This document shows, one piece after another, positions 41,795 to 53,763 of a stretch of DNA of 64,000 nucleotides (the first letter of the stretch is position 1; every line of letters begins with the position of its first letter). The stretch lies in the NCBI RefSeq assembly GCF_001194135.2, contig NC_068988.1, positions 18,466,126 to 18,530,125 on the forward strand, in the 5' to 3' direction. The notes below the pieces were generated by a model. That model saw only the letters and a program-made list of their open reading frames with translations, made no database searches and was not told where the DNA came from. This stretch comes from Octopus bimaculoides (Eukaryota). The translations under genes were made by a program, and so were the position numbers.

Positions 41795-42137
41795 TTGTGA
41801 AGACATGTTGAGGCAAATGAAATCGAAATCGAATCAAATTTAATGATTGCCACCTGTGCCAATGGAGCGCTAAGAGCACCATCCGAGCATAATCATTGCC
41901 AGAGCAGCTGTCTGGCTTCCATGCCGGTGGCACGTAAATAGCACCATTTGAGCATGATCGCTTCTAATGTCACCTTACTGGCACTTGTGCTGGTGGCACA
42001 TGAAAAAAACATTCGAGCAAGGTCGTTGCCAGTGTCACTGGACTGGCTCCTGTGCAGGTGGCACGTAAAAAAACACCATTTGAGTGTGGCCGTTGCCAGT
42101 ACCACCAGACTGGCCCTCGTGCCGGTGGCACGTAAAA
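41795..42137 (+). mobile_element. Family A element with tandem GTGCCGGTGGCACGTAAA units, running into a gap
   Basis: At least 4 variant ~60-70-bp units. Confidence 0.8.
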
Positions 42138-42792
42138 NNNNNNNNNNNNNNNNNNNNNNNNNNNNNNNNNNNNNNNNNNNNNNNNNNNNNNNNNNNNNNN
42201 NNNNNNNNNNNNNNNNNNNNNNNNNNNNNNNNNNNNNNNNNNNNNNNNNNNNNNNNNNNNNNNNNNNNNNNNNNNNNNNNNNNNNNNNNNNNNNNNNNNN
42301 NNNNNNNNNNNNNNNNNNNNNNNNNNNNNNNNNNNNNNNNNNNNNNNNNNNNNNNNNNNNNNNNNNNNNNNNNNNNNNNNNNNNNNNNNNNNNNNNNNNN
42401 NNNNNNNNNNNNNNNNNNNNNNNNNNNNNNNNNNNNNNNNNNNNNNNNNNNNNNNNNNNNNNNNNNNNNNNNNNNNNNNNNNNNNNNNNNNNNNNNNNNN
42501 NNNNNNNNNNNNNNNNNNNNNNNNNNNNNNNNNNNNNNNNNNNNNNNNNNNNNNNNNNNNNNNNNNNNNNNNNNNNNNNNNNNNNNNNNNNNNNNNNNNN
42601 NNNNNNNNNNNNNNNNNNNNNNNNNNNNNNNNNNNNNNNNNNNNNNNNNNNNNNNNNNNNNNNNNNNNNNNNNNNNNNNNNNNNNNNNNNNNNNNNNNNN
42701 NNNNNNNNNNNNNNNNNNNNNNNNNNNNNNNNNNNNNNNNNNNNNNNNNNNNNNNNNNNNNNNNNNNNNNNNNNNNNNNNNNNNNNNNNNNN

Positions 42793-43112
42793 TTGCCGGG
42801 TAGCTCAGTATGAAAAAACCTTTTCGGTAAAATCATTTATAATCATAAATATATAGGGATTGACAGTAACCTGCTTCTCCAACATACTGAGAATTCAGAA
42901 ATAGCAGCCAAAGAACTACTGATTCCAAAACTACAAATTATTACTCTAAATCAATTTAGAGTAATAATTTGTAGTTTTGGAATCAGTAGTTCTTTGGCTG
43001 CTATTTCTGAATTCTCAGTATGTTGGAGAAGCAGGTTACTGTCAATCCCTATATATTTATGATTATAAATGATTTTACCGAAAAGGTTTTTTCATACTGA
43101 GCTACCCGGCAA
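42793..43112. repeat. Perfect 159-bp inverted repeat with a 2-nt loop
   Basis: 42793-42951 is the exact reverse complement of 42954-43112 on manual comparison; abuts an N-gap. Confidence 0.9.
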
Positions 43113-43204
43113 AATTGTTAATTATTAATTTTATTACTAATTGACGATTCCCTGCCCTGCATATCTATATGTATGTATGTATGTATGTGTGTGTATATGT
43201 TTGT

Positions 43205-43395
43205 GTTCGTGTGTGTATCCCTCCCCCAACATCGCTTGACAACCGATGCTGGTGTGTTTATGTCCCCGTAACTTAGCAGTTCAATAAAAGAGACTGATAG
43301 AATAAGTACTAGGCTTACAAAGAATAAGTCCTGGGGTCGACTTACTCGACTAAAAGCAGTGCTCCAGCATAGCCACAGTCAAAGAGTAAAAGAGA
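43205..43395 (+). mobile_element. Family B SINE 3' half
   Basis: CCAACATCGCTTGACAACCGATGCTGG...GCTCCAGCATAGCC. Confidence 0.85.
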
Positions 43396-43412
43396 GTATA
43401 TGTGTGTGTTTG

Positions 43413-43452
<40 letters not shown>

Positions 43453-43716
43453 TGCATGTGCGTGTATGAGTGTATATGGAGGCACATGGTTTAGTGATTA
43501 GTGTGTTTGACTCATGATAGTAAGATTGTGGTTTCAGTTCTTAGATTAGGTGATGCATTGTGTTCATTTCACATTGATAAAAATGAGTAATTCTGTAATA
43601 GACCAGCTTCCCATCCAGGGTGGAATATATCCATCAGAGAAACTGGGAAACCAGCCCTATCCTCCTTATGAAGTAATGTGGACTAACCACATGCACACAC
43701 GCGTGCGCGCATGCGC

Positions 43717-43890
43717 ATATATATGATGGGCTTCTTTCAGTTTCCGTCTACCAAATCCACTCACAAGGCTTTGGTCAGCCCAAGGCTATACTATAAGATA
43801 CTTGCCCCAAAGTGTCACACAGTGGGATTGAGCCCGGAACCATGTGGTTTGGAAGGAAACTTCTTATCACAAGTCAAACATTGGCACTTA
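43717..43890 (-). mobile_element. Family B SINE head
   Basis: Reverse complement of the head region. Confidence 0.8.
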
Positions 43891-43974
43891 CCTTTCATGC
43901 CTGATTATGGACTGTATATGTTTTGAGAAATGGCATTTACAGAAGACAAACACACACACACATGCACACACACT

Positions 43975-44180
43975 TATACTCTCTTTTACTCTTGTTTCAG
44001 TCATTTTGACTCTGGCTATGCTGGAGCACTGCTTTTAGTCAAACAAATCGACCCCAGGACTTATTCTTTGTAAGCCTAGTACTTATTCTATCGGTCTCTT
44101 TTGCCGAACTGCTAAGTTACGGGGACATAAACACACCAGCATCGGTTGTCAAGTGAAGTTGGGGGGACACATACACAAAC
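43975..44180 (-). mobile_element. Family B SINE 3' half
   Basis: Reverse complement of the tail region. Confidence 0.85.
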
Positions 44181-44226
44181 ATATATACACACACACATAC
44201 ATACATACATACATACATACATACAT

Positions 44227-44262
<36 letters not shown>

Positions 44263-44324
44263 GACAGAAGACATAAAGTCTAGAGAAATACAGTAGTTTA
44301 GGAAGGTAGAGATTTCATTAAACA

Positions 44325-44493
44325 AAATGCAGGAATGGCTGTGTGGTAAGTAGCTTGCTTACCAACCACATGGTTCCGGGTTCATTCCCAATGTGTGGTG
44401 GCATCTTGGGCAAGTGTCTTCTACTATAACCTCAGGCCGACCAAAGCCTTGTGAGTGGATTTGGTAGACAGAAACTGAAAGAAGCCCGTCGTA

Positions 44494-44565
<72 letters not shown>

Positions 44566-44790
44566 CGTGTGTGTTTGTGTGTCTGTGTTTGTCCCCCCAA
44601 CATTGCTTGACAACCGATGCAGGTGTGTTTACATCCCTGTAACTTAGCGGTTCGGCAAAAGAGACTGATAGAATAAGTATTAGGCTTCCAAAGAATAAGT
44701 CCTGGGTTTGATTTGCTCGACTAAAAGGCGGTGCTCCAGCATGGCTGCAGTCAAATGACTGAAACAAATAAAAGAGTAAAAGAGAGAGAG
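44325..44790 (+). mobile_element. Family B SINE, full length
   Basis: Head, internal (TA)n and tail ending AAAAGAGTAAAAGAG. Confidence 0.9.
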
Positions 44791-45887
44791 CTGTTTGATC
44801 AAACAAAATACTTGGCATATTAAGCGAATAAAGCAAAAAGGAAACTTAATACTATAAACTTGATACTAAAACTTGATGTTAACTGAGATTTTGTGGAAAG
44901 CTTAAGCATTACTTGAAGAACTACATTGGGTAGATAAACATTTAGAAAACATTTGATATGATACCTAGATAGAAAAATCTATGATTATTTACATAACCTC
45001 CCCTGTTGCAGATTCTCTGACTATTTATTACAAATAAACATTTGTGGTTAATATCAGAAATTTACAAACTGGATGATGATAAGTTAGGATATGTTAATTA
45101 ATAAATACAGCATGCAATTTTTAAAATGCTTATTAAGTATACAATTGATTTTTTTTTTTTCCTATCAATTTCATAACGAATCAATATATTGATCTGAATT
45201 AAAAAGAATAGTTCAGTCTGACTTTGTAAAATAGACAAACAGAAAAATAATCCACAGTTAGAAATAAAAACAGTGCTAAGCAACAGACAGAATTAAGAGA
45301 ATATTGACTATATGAATGTGTTGGTTAGCCAATGATTTCAATAACAGTTCATTGATTTATTACCAGAAATAGAATGTAATTATTATTTTCTTTCATTTTA
45401 CTATTTTGTTTGTTTTTGATTCATTGATTGTTTCCTTTTTTTTTTCTTTTTTTTTGATTTATTTATTAACGGAAGTAAGTTATGGGCAATTACTTTGGGT
45501 TAACAAGAACCCACCGATGAGTTGTTTGTTAGCTTCCATCATTTATGACATGGGACCATGATGAGGAATGAATGCTGTATTCGGTGTGAGTTAGGCATAT
45601 GTTGCAGCTTAGCATATGTAGGAGTTTGTGGCTCATGGATGAATGCATTTGAATGTGGTTGCTTATGAATGCCTTCAGCCATAACCATGTGCAATTGATC
45701 CATCTTTGCCACACAACAGGTTGAGTGTATATAGTAAATGTTATACACCTAATACACATGAAACCTGTTTCATAGTCAATGTTTATTTCTCTCCACCTTT
45801 CAGCAGGATATTACATCTTTTTATCATTTGCATGTTTTAGTCATTAAGATGCAGCCATGCTGGGGCACTACCTTGAAGAGTGTAGTT

Positions 45888-46110
45888 TAGGGGTTCTCAA
45901 CTATTTTTTTATCTATGGCCCCCTTTGATAACTATTTCTATTCTGGTGGACCATCATAGCCATTTGATGTTTAAAAGCCAGTTTTACAGAAACTTTCTTT
46001 CAAAATTCATATTTTGTTTATCACACATTAACTTGTGTAGGCTGAACTATTGTAAAGTGTTAGAGAAAGAAGCTTAGCTGCTTCTTGCAATAAATACATC
46101 TAAAGCAAAG
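45888..46110 (+). mobile_element. hAT-like MITE left portion
   Basis: Starts TAGGGGTTCTCAAC, a Charlie/hAT-type TIR variant; right TIR not found. Confidence 0.35.
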
Positions 46111-46134
46111 CTTCATCATAGACCCTTATTGATA

Positions 46135-46520
46135 AATTTTAAATAACGATGTTCTCAAACCGGTAAATTAGCTGCAAAAATTTATTAACTGCAGAGTTCT
46201 TTCCAGACTTAGCGCTCCAGATTGAAGACATTTGAAGGGATACACTGAATGTAATTTGTAGAACTATACACGTGTTCCCTTTCGGGTGGACGTCTTATGT
46301 CTAGTTCTGGAAATTATATTTTATAAATCGACAAACTACGTTAGTGATCCTGCAGATATTTACTTATGTAAATTTTAACAGGTGAAACCATGGTACGTAG
46401 GTTAATCGTTTTTTTTAGTATTTTTTCATTTGTCTTGCCCTTTTACAGTCTGTTGTGTCGCTAATTTTTTACTGAGAACATATTTTTTCGTGGTTAGATG
46501 ATTCGGCATCTATTTCTAGC
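46135..46520. promoter_or_regulatory. Locally CpG-enriched, non-repetitive segment; possible promoter or 5' region
   Basis: About 13 CpG dinucleotides counted by eye in ~390 bp against a CpG-poor background; includes CACGTG and GACGTC palindromes. Confidence 0.3.
46382..46392 (+). CDS. Candidate start-codon micro-exon GTGAAACCATG of a second gene
   Basis: ttttaacag|GTGAAACCATG|gtacgt: acceptor, Kozak-like ACCATG, and donor directly after the ATG, inside a locally CpG-rich segment. Confidence 0.35.
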
Positions 46521-46530
46521 NNNNNNNNNN

Positions 46531-46559
<29 letters not shown>

Positions 46560-46562
<3 letters not shown>

Positions 46563-46862
46563 CAGGTGGCATGTAAAAAACACCTTTTCGAGCGTGGCCG
46601 TTGCCAGTACCGTATGACTAGCCCTCGTGCCGGTGGCACGTAAAAGCACCCACTACACTCTCGGAGTGGTTGGCATTAAGAAGGGCATCCAGCTCTAGAA
46701 ACTCTGCTAGATCAGATTGNNNNNNNNNNGGGCATCCAGCTCTAGAAACTCTGCTAGATCAGATTGGAACCTGGTGCAGCCATCTGGCTTGCCAGTCTTC
46801 AGTCAAATCGTCCAACCCATGCTAGCATGGAAAATGGTAAGTAAATGATGATGATGATGATG
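46560..46862 (+). mobile_element. Family A SINE-like 3' part (36 bp duplicated across a 10-N gap)
   Basis: Matches family A and ends in (GAT)n. Confidence 0.8.
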
Positions 46863-47538
46863 ATATATGTATGTATATATACATATATCTTCTTGCATAT
46901 TTGGATGATAATATGTATCTATAACCAACTGATAAAAGAGGAAAGAGGTGGACTATAAGAATAGCTGATTGATTTTGATTCATATGATACATATTGTTAC
47001 ACTTCAATGATTTATTTTTGAATAAAACTATAAGACAGCTATAAAATAAACAAGAAAAAATGAAACAGTATGGAAAATATAAAGAAGTTAGCTTTAAAAA
47101 AAAATTAAGTATAAAAAAAAAGAGTAGATTAATCAAAAAGAATGGCTCAAACTAATTTGTCAGAAAATATTAGTATTCTAATAATAAGAGATAAAATGAT
47201 AAATGTCTATACAATATGTGTGTGTATATCTATATATATATATATATNNNNNNNNNNNNNNNNNNNNNNNNNNNNNNNNNNNNNNNNNNNNNNNNNNNNN
47301 NNNNNNNNNNNNNNNNNNNNNNNNNNNNNNNNNNNNNNNNNNNNNNNNNNNNNNNNNNNNNNNNNNNNNNNNNNNNNNNNNNNNNNNNNNNNNNNNNNNN
47401 NNNNNNNNNNNNNNNNNNNNNNNNNNNNNNNNNNNNNNNNNNNNNNNNNNNNNNNNNNNNNNNNNNNNNNNNNNNNNNNNNNNNNNNNNNNNNNNNNNNN
47501 NNNNNTATATATATAAGTATATATGTGTGAGTGTGTAT

Positions 47539-47569
<31 letters not shown>

Positions 47570-48206
47570 GGTAATGAACAATGAGAACCATGTATTACAA
47601 TGAAAGCATAATTACCCAAAAAGTAATTAAAAACTTGAAAATTAAACCCTACTAAAAAAAATTAAATGAAAAATAGGAAAGAAGAGAAAATGAAGGAAAA
47701 AAAAAAGAAAAATCTTCTAAATCAGAAAAGTAATATGTAGGAATGAAACAATTAAGTCCAGCGCTGGGAAGTTAAACAAAGGAATTTGAACAACGATCAC
47801 TAAGAATAGGAAATTTAACTTCTTGATATTGACAGTGAACAAAAGAAGGTTGTGACATTAAGATTTAACCAGATAAGATATCTTTTAAGAAATAATCTCA
47901 TGCTGTTGTTGCAGCTCTTGATTGTGTTGCTTATGTAGTAGTTGTTATCTTTGTTGTTGTTGTTGTTGTTGTCGTTGTTGTTGTTGTTAACTGGATGAAA
48001 ACTCAAGTATGTAGTCCTTGTAACAAATCTGAAGAATCCATTGTGTTTATGAAATTGTATAGCGTCAATATAATTCTGTAATATTTTATAAATGTAGGGG
48101 AAAAATCATAAGAGATATCGCCTGTAGCATTGAAAGTGATATAAAGAGAATTTATCAGATTCAGCCAATAATTATATGTATATAATTTTTTTTCTGAAAT
48201 TATGTA

Positions 48207-48267
<61 letters not shown>

Positions 48268-48429
48268 TTATGTGATGTATGCATATATTTACACCCAGAT
48301 ATGTCTATGTATGTATGTTTTTGTTGGTTTTATTTCATGAATTTCTCACTGATGGAGAAAGATGGGTTTTTTTTAGCCTAGAAACAGGATTCTTTCCATA
48401 GATGTTAGATATCAACAGGATAGTCTTGT

Positions 48430-48960
48430 ATGTGTATGTATGCATGTATGTATGTATGTATGTATGTATGGATGGATGGATGGATGGATGGATGGATGGA
48501 TGGATGGACGGACGGACAGATGGATGTATGAATGTATGTATGCATGTATGTGTGTAAGTATGTATGCATGCATGTAGATAGGTATGTAATGTATGTCTTA
48601 TGTATTATGTATGTATATATGTATGTAATGTATGTTTTATGTATGTATATATGTGTGTATGTATATATATATATATGTGTATGTATGTGTGTATGGATGT
48701 ATGCATGCATGCATGTATGTGTGTAAGTATGTATGCATGCATGTGCATATGGATGTAATGTATGTCTTATGAATTATGTATGTATATATGCATGTATGTA
48801 TATATGCATGCATGTGTGTGTATGTGTGCATATGTGTGTCTATATATGTATGTACACATATATGTACATTTATATGTATGTGTGTGTTTATGCATTTATA
48901 TACATATACATATATATTTGTGTATGTATATACGTATGTATGCACACTTGTATGTATAAA
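48430..48960. repeat. (ATGT)n/(GGAT)n compound tetranucleotide repeat
   Basis: Seen directly. Confidence 0.9.
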
Positions 48961-49134
48961 TGTGCATTCATTTGATGCCAACACAGACACCATTACATAT
49001 GTTCGTATTACACACTAAAGTTTCGGGGTCGATAAAATAAGTACCAGTTGAGTACTGGGGGGTGAATGTGACTTACCCCCTCCCCCAAAGTTGTTAGCCC
49101 GAGCCAAAATTAGAAACCAATATTCCATGTTAAA

Positions 49135-49500
49135 CTTGTTGAATCCTTTTCATATATTGTTAATGCCTTTGACAGCTTGAAGCCATAACCACTTGATCAG
49201 GAAAGTTCTTTCCAGGTTTGTAAGAACCCAACTTCTCAAAATTCATATAGATACAGTGTGTGATATTAGTAATTGTTCCAATAATTATAGATAAAAATCT
49301 AAAGCTCTTGTGCAGATGGAGAGACTTCAGATTTCTCATCAGCTGGGCATAACCATTGACATTGTGCTGACATCTGCCAGGCTACTGATTTTGACTACTG
49401 TGCTTAATTTCCTTCCTCTTCCCAAATCATTATGTCTGGTCTGTTATGGTTCTATTTTATTGATGTCTTGACAGGAAACTTCCCCCAGCATTCTTTCATA
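49135..49500 (-). mobile_element. REL-endonuclease non-LTR retrotransposon relic (R4/NeSL-like)
   Basis: FPVKTSIK*NHNRPDIMIWEEE...GYAQLMRNLKSLH...FLSIIIGT; PD motif of the restriction-like endonuclease. Confidence 0.65.
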
Positions 49501-49641
49501 TGTATGTATATACATACAGGCGGACGTTAAACGATGATGATGATGATGATGATATATATATATGTGTGTGTGTGTATAAAGGATGGAAAATGCAAACAAT
49601 TTACATAGTTTTAATATATTTTACATGAAAGAGTATTGTGG

Positions 49642-49865
49642 TTGTCAACCGGTTCCGCTTTCGCAAATCATAACATTGAAATTATTGCAATTTCGTATTT
49701 TCTAAAGATTGAGTCATTCATTCACAGACTTTCATACAAGTATATAGACTAGAATTCATTCATTCACACAATTCGTACAAGAACATGGACTAAAATTTTC
49801 TTAAGAATAAATGAAGTTACAATAACTTCAATGTTATGATTAGTGAAAGTGAAACCAGTCGACAA
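49642..49865. repeat. Inverted repeat with ~67-bp arms and an internal tandem repeat
   Basis: 49642-49708 pairs imperfectly with 49799-49865; arm consensus ends GCGAAAGCGAAACCGGTCGACAA. Confidence 0.8.
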
Positions 49866-50325
49866 NNNNNNNNNNNNNNNNNNNNNNNNNNNNNNNNNNN
49901 NNNNNNNNNNNNNNNNNNNNNNNNNNNNNNNNNNNNNNNNNNNNNNNNNNNNNNNNNNNNNNNNNNNNNNNNNNNNNNNNNNNNNNNNNNNNNNNNNNNN
50001 NNNNNNNNNNNNNNNNNNNNNNNNNNNNNNNNNNNNNNNNNNNNNNNNNNNNNNNNNNNNNNNNNNNNNNNNNNNNNNNNNNNNNNNNNNNNNNNNNNNN
50101 NNNNNNNNNNNNNNNNNNNNNNNNNNNNNNNNNNNNNNNNNNNNNNNNNNNNNNNNNNNNNNNNNNNNNNNNNNNNNNNNNNNNNATATATATACTAATA
50201 TATACTTTTGTTATTTACACCACCTGTCCTCGTCTGTTGTTATTTTTTGTATATTCTCCCATATATATATATATATATATATATACATATCTGTAAATAA
50301 TATGTGACAATTATTTGGTAGCCAT

Positions 50326-50386
50326 GATAAAACTCTGAGTTTCGAATGCTGGGACGGAAACCCACGCCACCATCTCTTCAGTTATC
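50326..50386 (-). ncRNA. Minimal type I hammerhead ribozyme with intact core
   Basis: GATAA CTGAAGA GATG...CATTC GAAAC TCAGA GTT TTATC: CUGANGA, stem II, GAAA, stem III AC/GU, GUU cleavage triplet, 5-bp stem I. Confidence 0.75.
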
Positions 50387-50431
50387 TGGCCTTTGAAAAT
50401 TGCTATAAAAATGACCAATTTTCAGTGGCCA

Positions 50432-50492
50432 GATAACTGAAGAGATGGCAGCATGGGTTTCTGCCCCGGCATCCAAAACTTGGAGTTTTATC
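50432..50492 (+). ncRNA. Second hammerhead copy in the opposite arm, G12 to A
   Basis: GATAA CTGAAGA GATG...CATCC AAAAC TTGGA GTT TTATC. Confidence 0.65.
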
Positions 50493-50684
50493 ATCATCAT
50501 CATCATCATCGTTTAACGTCCGCTTTCCATGCTAGCATGGGTTGGACGATTTGACTGAGGACTGGTGAAACCGGATGGCAACACCAGGCTCCAGTCTGAT
50601 TTGGCAGAGTTTCTACAGCTGGATGCCCTTCCTAACGCCAACCACTCAGAGAGTGTAGTGGGTGCTTTTACGTGTCACCCGCAC
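50490..50684 (-). mobile_element. Family A SINE-like 3' end, running into a gap
   Basis: (CAT)n-CGTTTAACGTCCGCTTTCCATGCTAGC. Confidence 0.85.
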
Positions 50685-51930
50685 NNNNNNNNNNNNNNNN
50701 NNNNNNNNNNNNNNNNNNNNNNNNNNNNNNNNNNNNNNNNNNNNNNNNNNNNNNNNNNNNNNNNNNNNNNNNNNNNNNNNNNNNNNNNNNNNNNNNNNNN
50801 NNNNNNNNNNNNNNNNNNNNNNNNNNNNNNNNNNNNNNNNNNNNNNNNNNNNNNNNNNNNNNNNNNNNNNNNNNNNNNNNNNNNNNNNNNNNNNNNNNNN
50901 NNNNNNNNNNNNNNNNNNNNNNNNNNNNNNNNNNNNNNNNNNNNNNNNNNNNNNNNNNNNNNNNNNNNNNNNNNNNNNNNNNNNNNNNNNNNNNNNNNNN
51001 NNNNNNNNNNNNNNNNNNNNNNNNNNNNNNNNNNNNNNNNNNNNNNNNNNNNNNNNNNNNNNNNNNNNNNNNNNNNNNNNNNNNNNNNNNNNNNNNNNNN
51101 NNNNNNNNNNNNNNNNNNNNNNNNNNNNNNNNNNNNNNNNNNNNNNNNNNNNNNNNNNNNNNNNNNNNNNNNNNNNNNNNNNNNNNNNNNNNNNNNNNNN
51201 NNNNNNNNNNNNNNNNNNNNNNNNNNNNNNNNNNNNNNNNNNNNNNNNNNNNNNNNNNNNNNNNNNNNNNNNNNNNNNNNNNNNNNNNNNNNNNNNNNNN
51301 NNNNNNNNNNNNNNNNNNNNNNNNNNNNNNNNNNNNNNNNNNNNNNNNNNNNNNNNNNNNNNNNNNNNNNNNNNNNNNNNNNNNNNNNNNNNNNNNNNNN
51401 NNNNNNNNCATATACACACGCTAATACATGACTTATAATCCCCAATCCTGTTCATACAACGATTGGGGCAAACTAATCGGTATACAGCACTTACTCGGTA
51501 TTACCTGTATCCTCTTGGGTTTGGTTAAATCCAATACCCTCCTCAACCTTATATATATATGTGTATGTATGTATGTATGTATGTATGTATGTATGTATGT
51601 ATGCATGTATATATGTGTTTTTGTATGCATGTATGTATGTATGTATGTATGTATGTATGCATGTATGTCTATCTGTCATTATTCAGATTTATTTCAAGAC
51701 TTCTTGCCAATAGAGAGAGAACCGGTTTCTAACTTTGATCCAAGACTCCTTCATTGGAATTTTAACAACATCACCAGGGTATATTTGTATGTATGGATAT
51801 ATGTATATGTGCAGACTTGCATCTTATTTTATGTATGTATACTCATGCATATAGCTGCATGTCTAGACATGCTCATGTATACATAAATGACAAGCTTATG
51901 GAAAGTTTTACAGACTTTTATAGTGTGTGC

Positions 51931-51970
<40 letters not shown>

Positions 51971-52590
51971 ATGTACAAATGTATGTCTCTTCTATATTTA
52001 ATCATTTAGATTCTTCCTTAGAAGAAGGAGCTACTTTCTGACAAAGATACAAAGCTCCATCTTTGGAATATAAATAAGAAAAGCAATGTCATATTTTAAA
52101 CCTGAGAAAAGTCTCGCATAGTTTTACTGTTCCACTTACAGATTGTATTTGTAATATGCAAATCAGTATGTATGCATATATGCATGCATGCATGTAAATA
52201 TGTATGTATGTATGTATGTATGCTCTCTCTCTCTTAACTTTATTTAGAATAAATTTTGGACCAGTCACCTACTTGGCAGCAAGGTTGTGAAGGAAAAGTA
52301 TCTTGTTTTAACCAACATCCTTTAAATCTTAAGAGGGTCTTGCAGATTTCTTTAGTTCCTGATATTATGATCATTTGTAATGTATGAATTCAGGACATGC
52401 ATTCTCTCACCAAGATCTCGAGTCCAGCCATAGTATGTATGTATGTTATCAATCAGTTTCATTTCTGTATTTCTTGTCAATAGAGAAAGAGCTGGACTCT
52501 AACATAGATTCAAGGTTCCTTCATTGGAACTTTTATCAACATCATCTAGGTATTTGTGCATATGTGTGTGTGCAGTATTTGGTGTTAGTG

Positions 52591-52748
52591 TATGCGCAGA
52601 TTTGTATGTTTGTTTTATGGATGCGTTTTTATGTCTATATTCTCATGTCTAGGCGCATGCATATGTATTTATGCACAGATTTGTATGTTTGTTTTATGGA
52701 TGCGTTTTTATGTATATATTTTCATGTCTAGATGCATGCATATGTATT
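52591..52748. repeat. Two-copy 79-bp tandem repeat
   Basis: TATGC(G/A)CAGATTTGTATGTTTGTTTTATGGATGCG... starts at 52591 and 52670. Confidence 0.85.
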
Positions 52749-53763
52749 TATGTGCAAAATTTTTGGAAAGTTTTACATATCTTTACAGTTCCATTGATGG
52801 CTTGAATCTGTAGTCGTAAGTATGTATGTATCATCTGGCTCCTCCTCCTCCTCATCATCATTATCATCATTTAACATCCACTTTCCATGCTGGTTTGGCA
52901 GGAAACTAATGAGCTGTAGGGCTGCATCTAACTCCTATGTATGCGCATGCATGTATATATGAAGACAGAGGGCAGAATGAATATATATTGTGAATAAATA
53001 AAATGTATCTATGCAAGAAATCAAATAAGTAGCAGTCAAGTTAATAACCTGGAATGTCTACCACTAAAAGACATTGACAATTTTTGATATCCAATAAAGG
53101 AAAACAGTAAAATCTATAAAAAAAAATACTCCATGTGGATCATTGCAGTCAAAGAAAAACTGAAAGATATAGAAATATAGCATTTTTCATATGGTTAATA
53201 TTCTTGGAGCTCTGTCTGTTGCATAGCACTGTTTTCCTTTCCAACTAAGGAATTTTTTTTCTCCCTGTTCCAAAAACTCACTTGAAAATTTTCCTTTTTA
53301 ATTTAGATCAATATATTGATTAGCTATAAAATTTATTGGAAAAATGAACAATAAAAAAAAATGGAAAAAAATTGTGTACATCTTATATGTCTTTATCAAA
53401 TTGTGATTATATTTATTATGAAATGTTTCAATAAATTTTTAATATAATTATATAATTAAAATTTTTTAAGGGATTGAATAAGATATCTGTAACCTTATGT
53501 TAATTGGTTCATTTTATAGTTGTTGTTCCAAGCTAACATGGGTCAGACAAATAATTATCGTGGTATTATTTTACAGACGGATAATCTTCCTGTCACTAGA
53601 TTTTGCCCATTTTTCAAGTTAAATTTTCTTCTTAAATATGCATATCTTTGAAGAAGCAGCATCTAATCACCACCATTGTTTTTTCTTTGCTCACATGGAT
53701 TGATATAACTTAGAGGACAACCTTATAAGCAAGAATTAATTAGCATTGTATAATACTGTTTCT

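Noticed and set aside
46684-46766. Direct repeat across a 10-N gap (also 62838-62867 versus 63060-63089)
   Set aside because: Contig-end overlap artefact.
51718-51760. Hammerhead call for CCAATGA...GAAACCGGTT on the minus strand
   Set aside because: Stem I does not pair and the core deviates.
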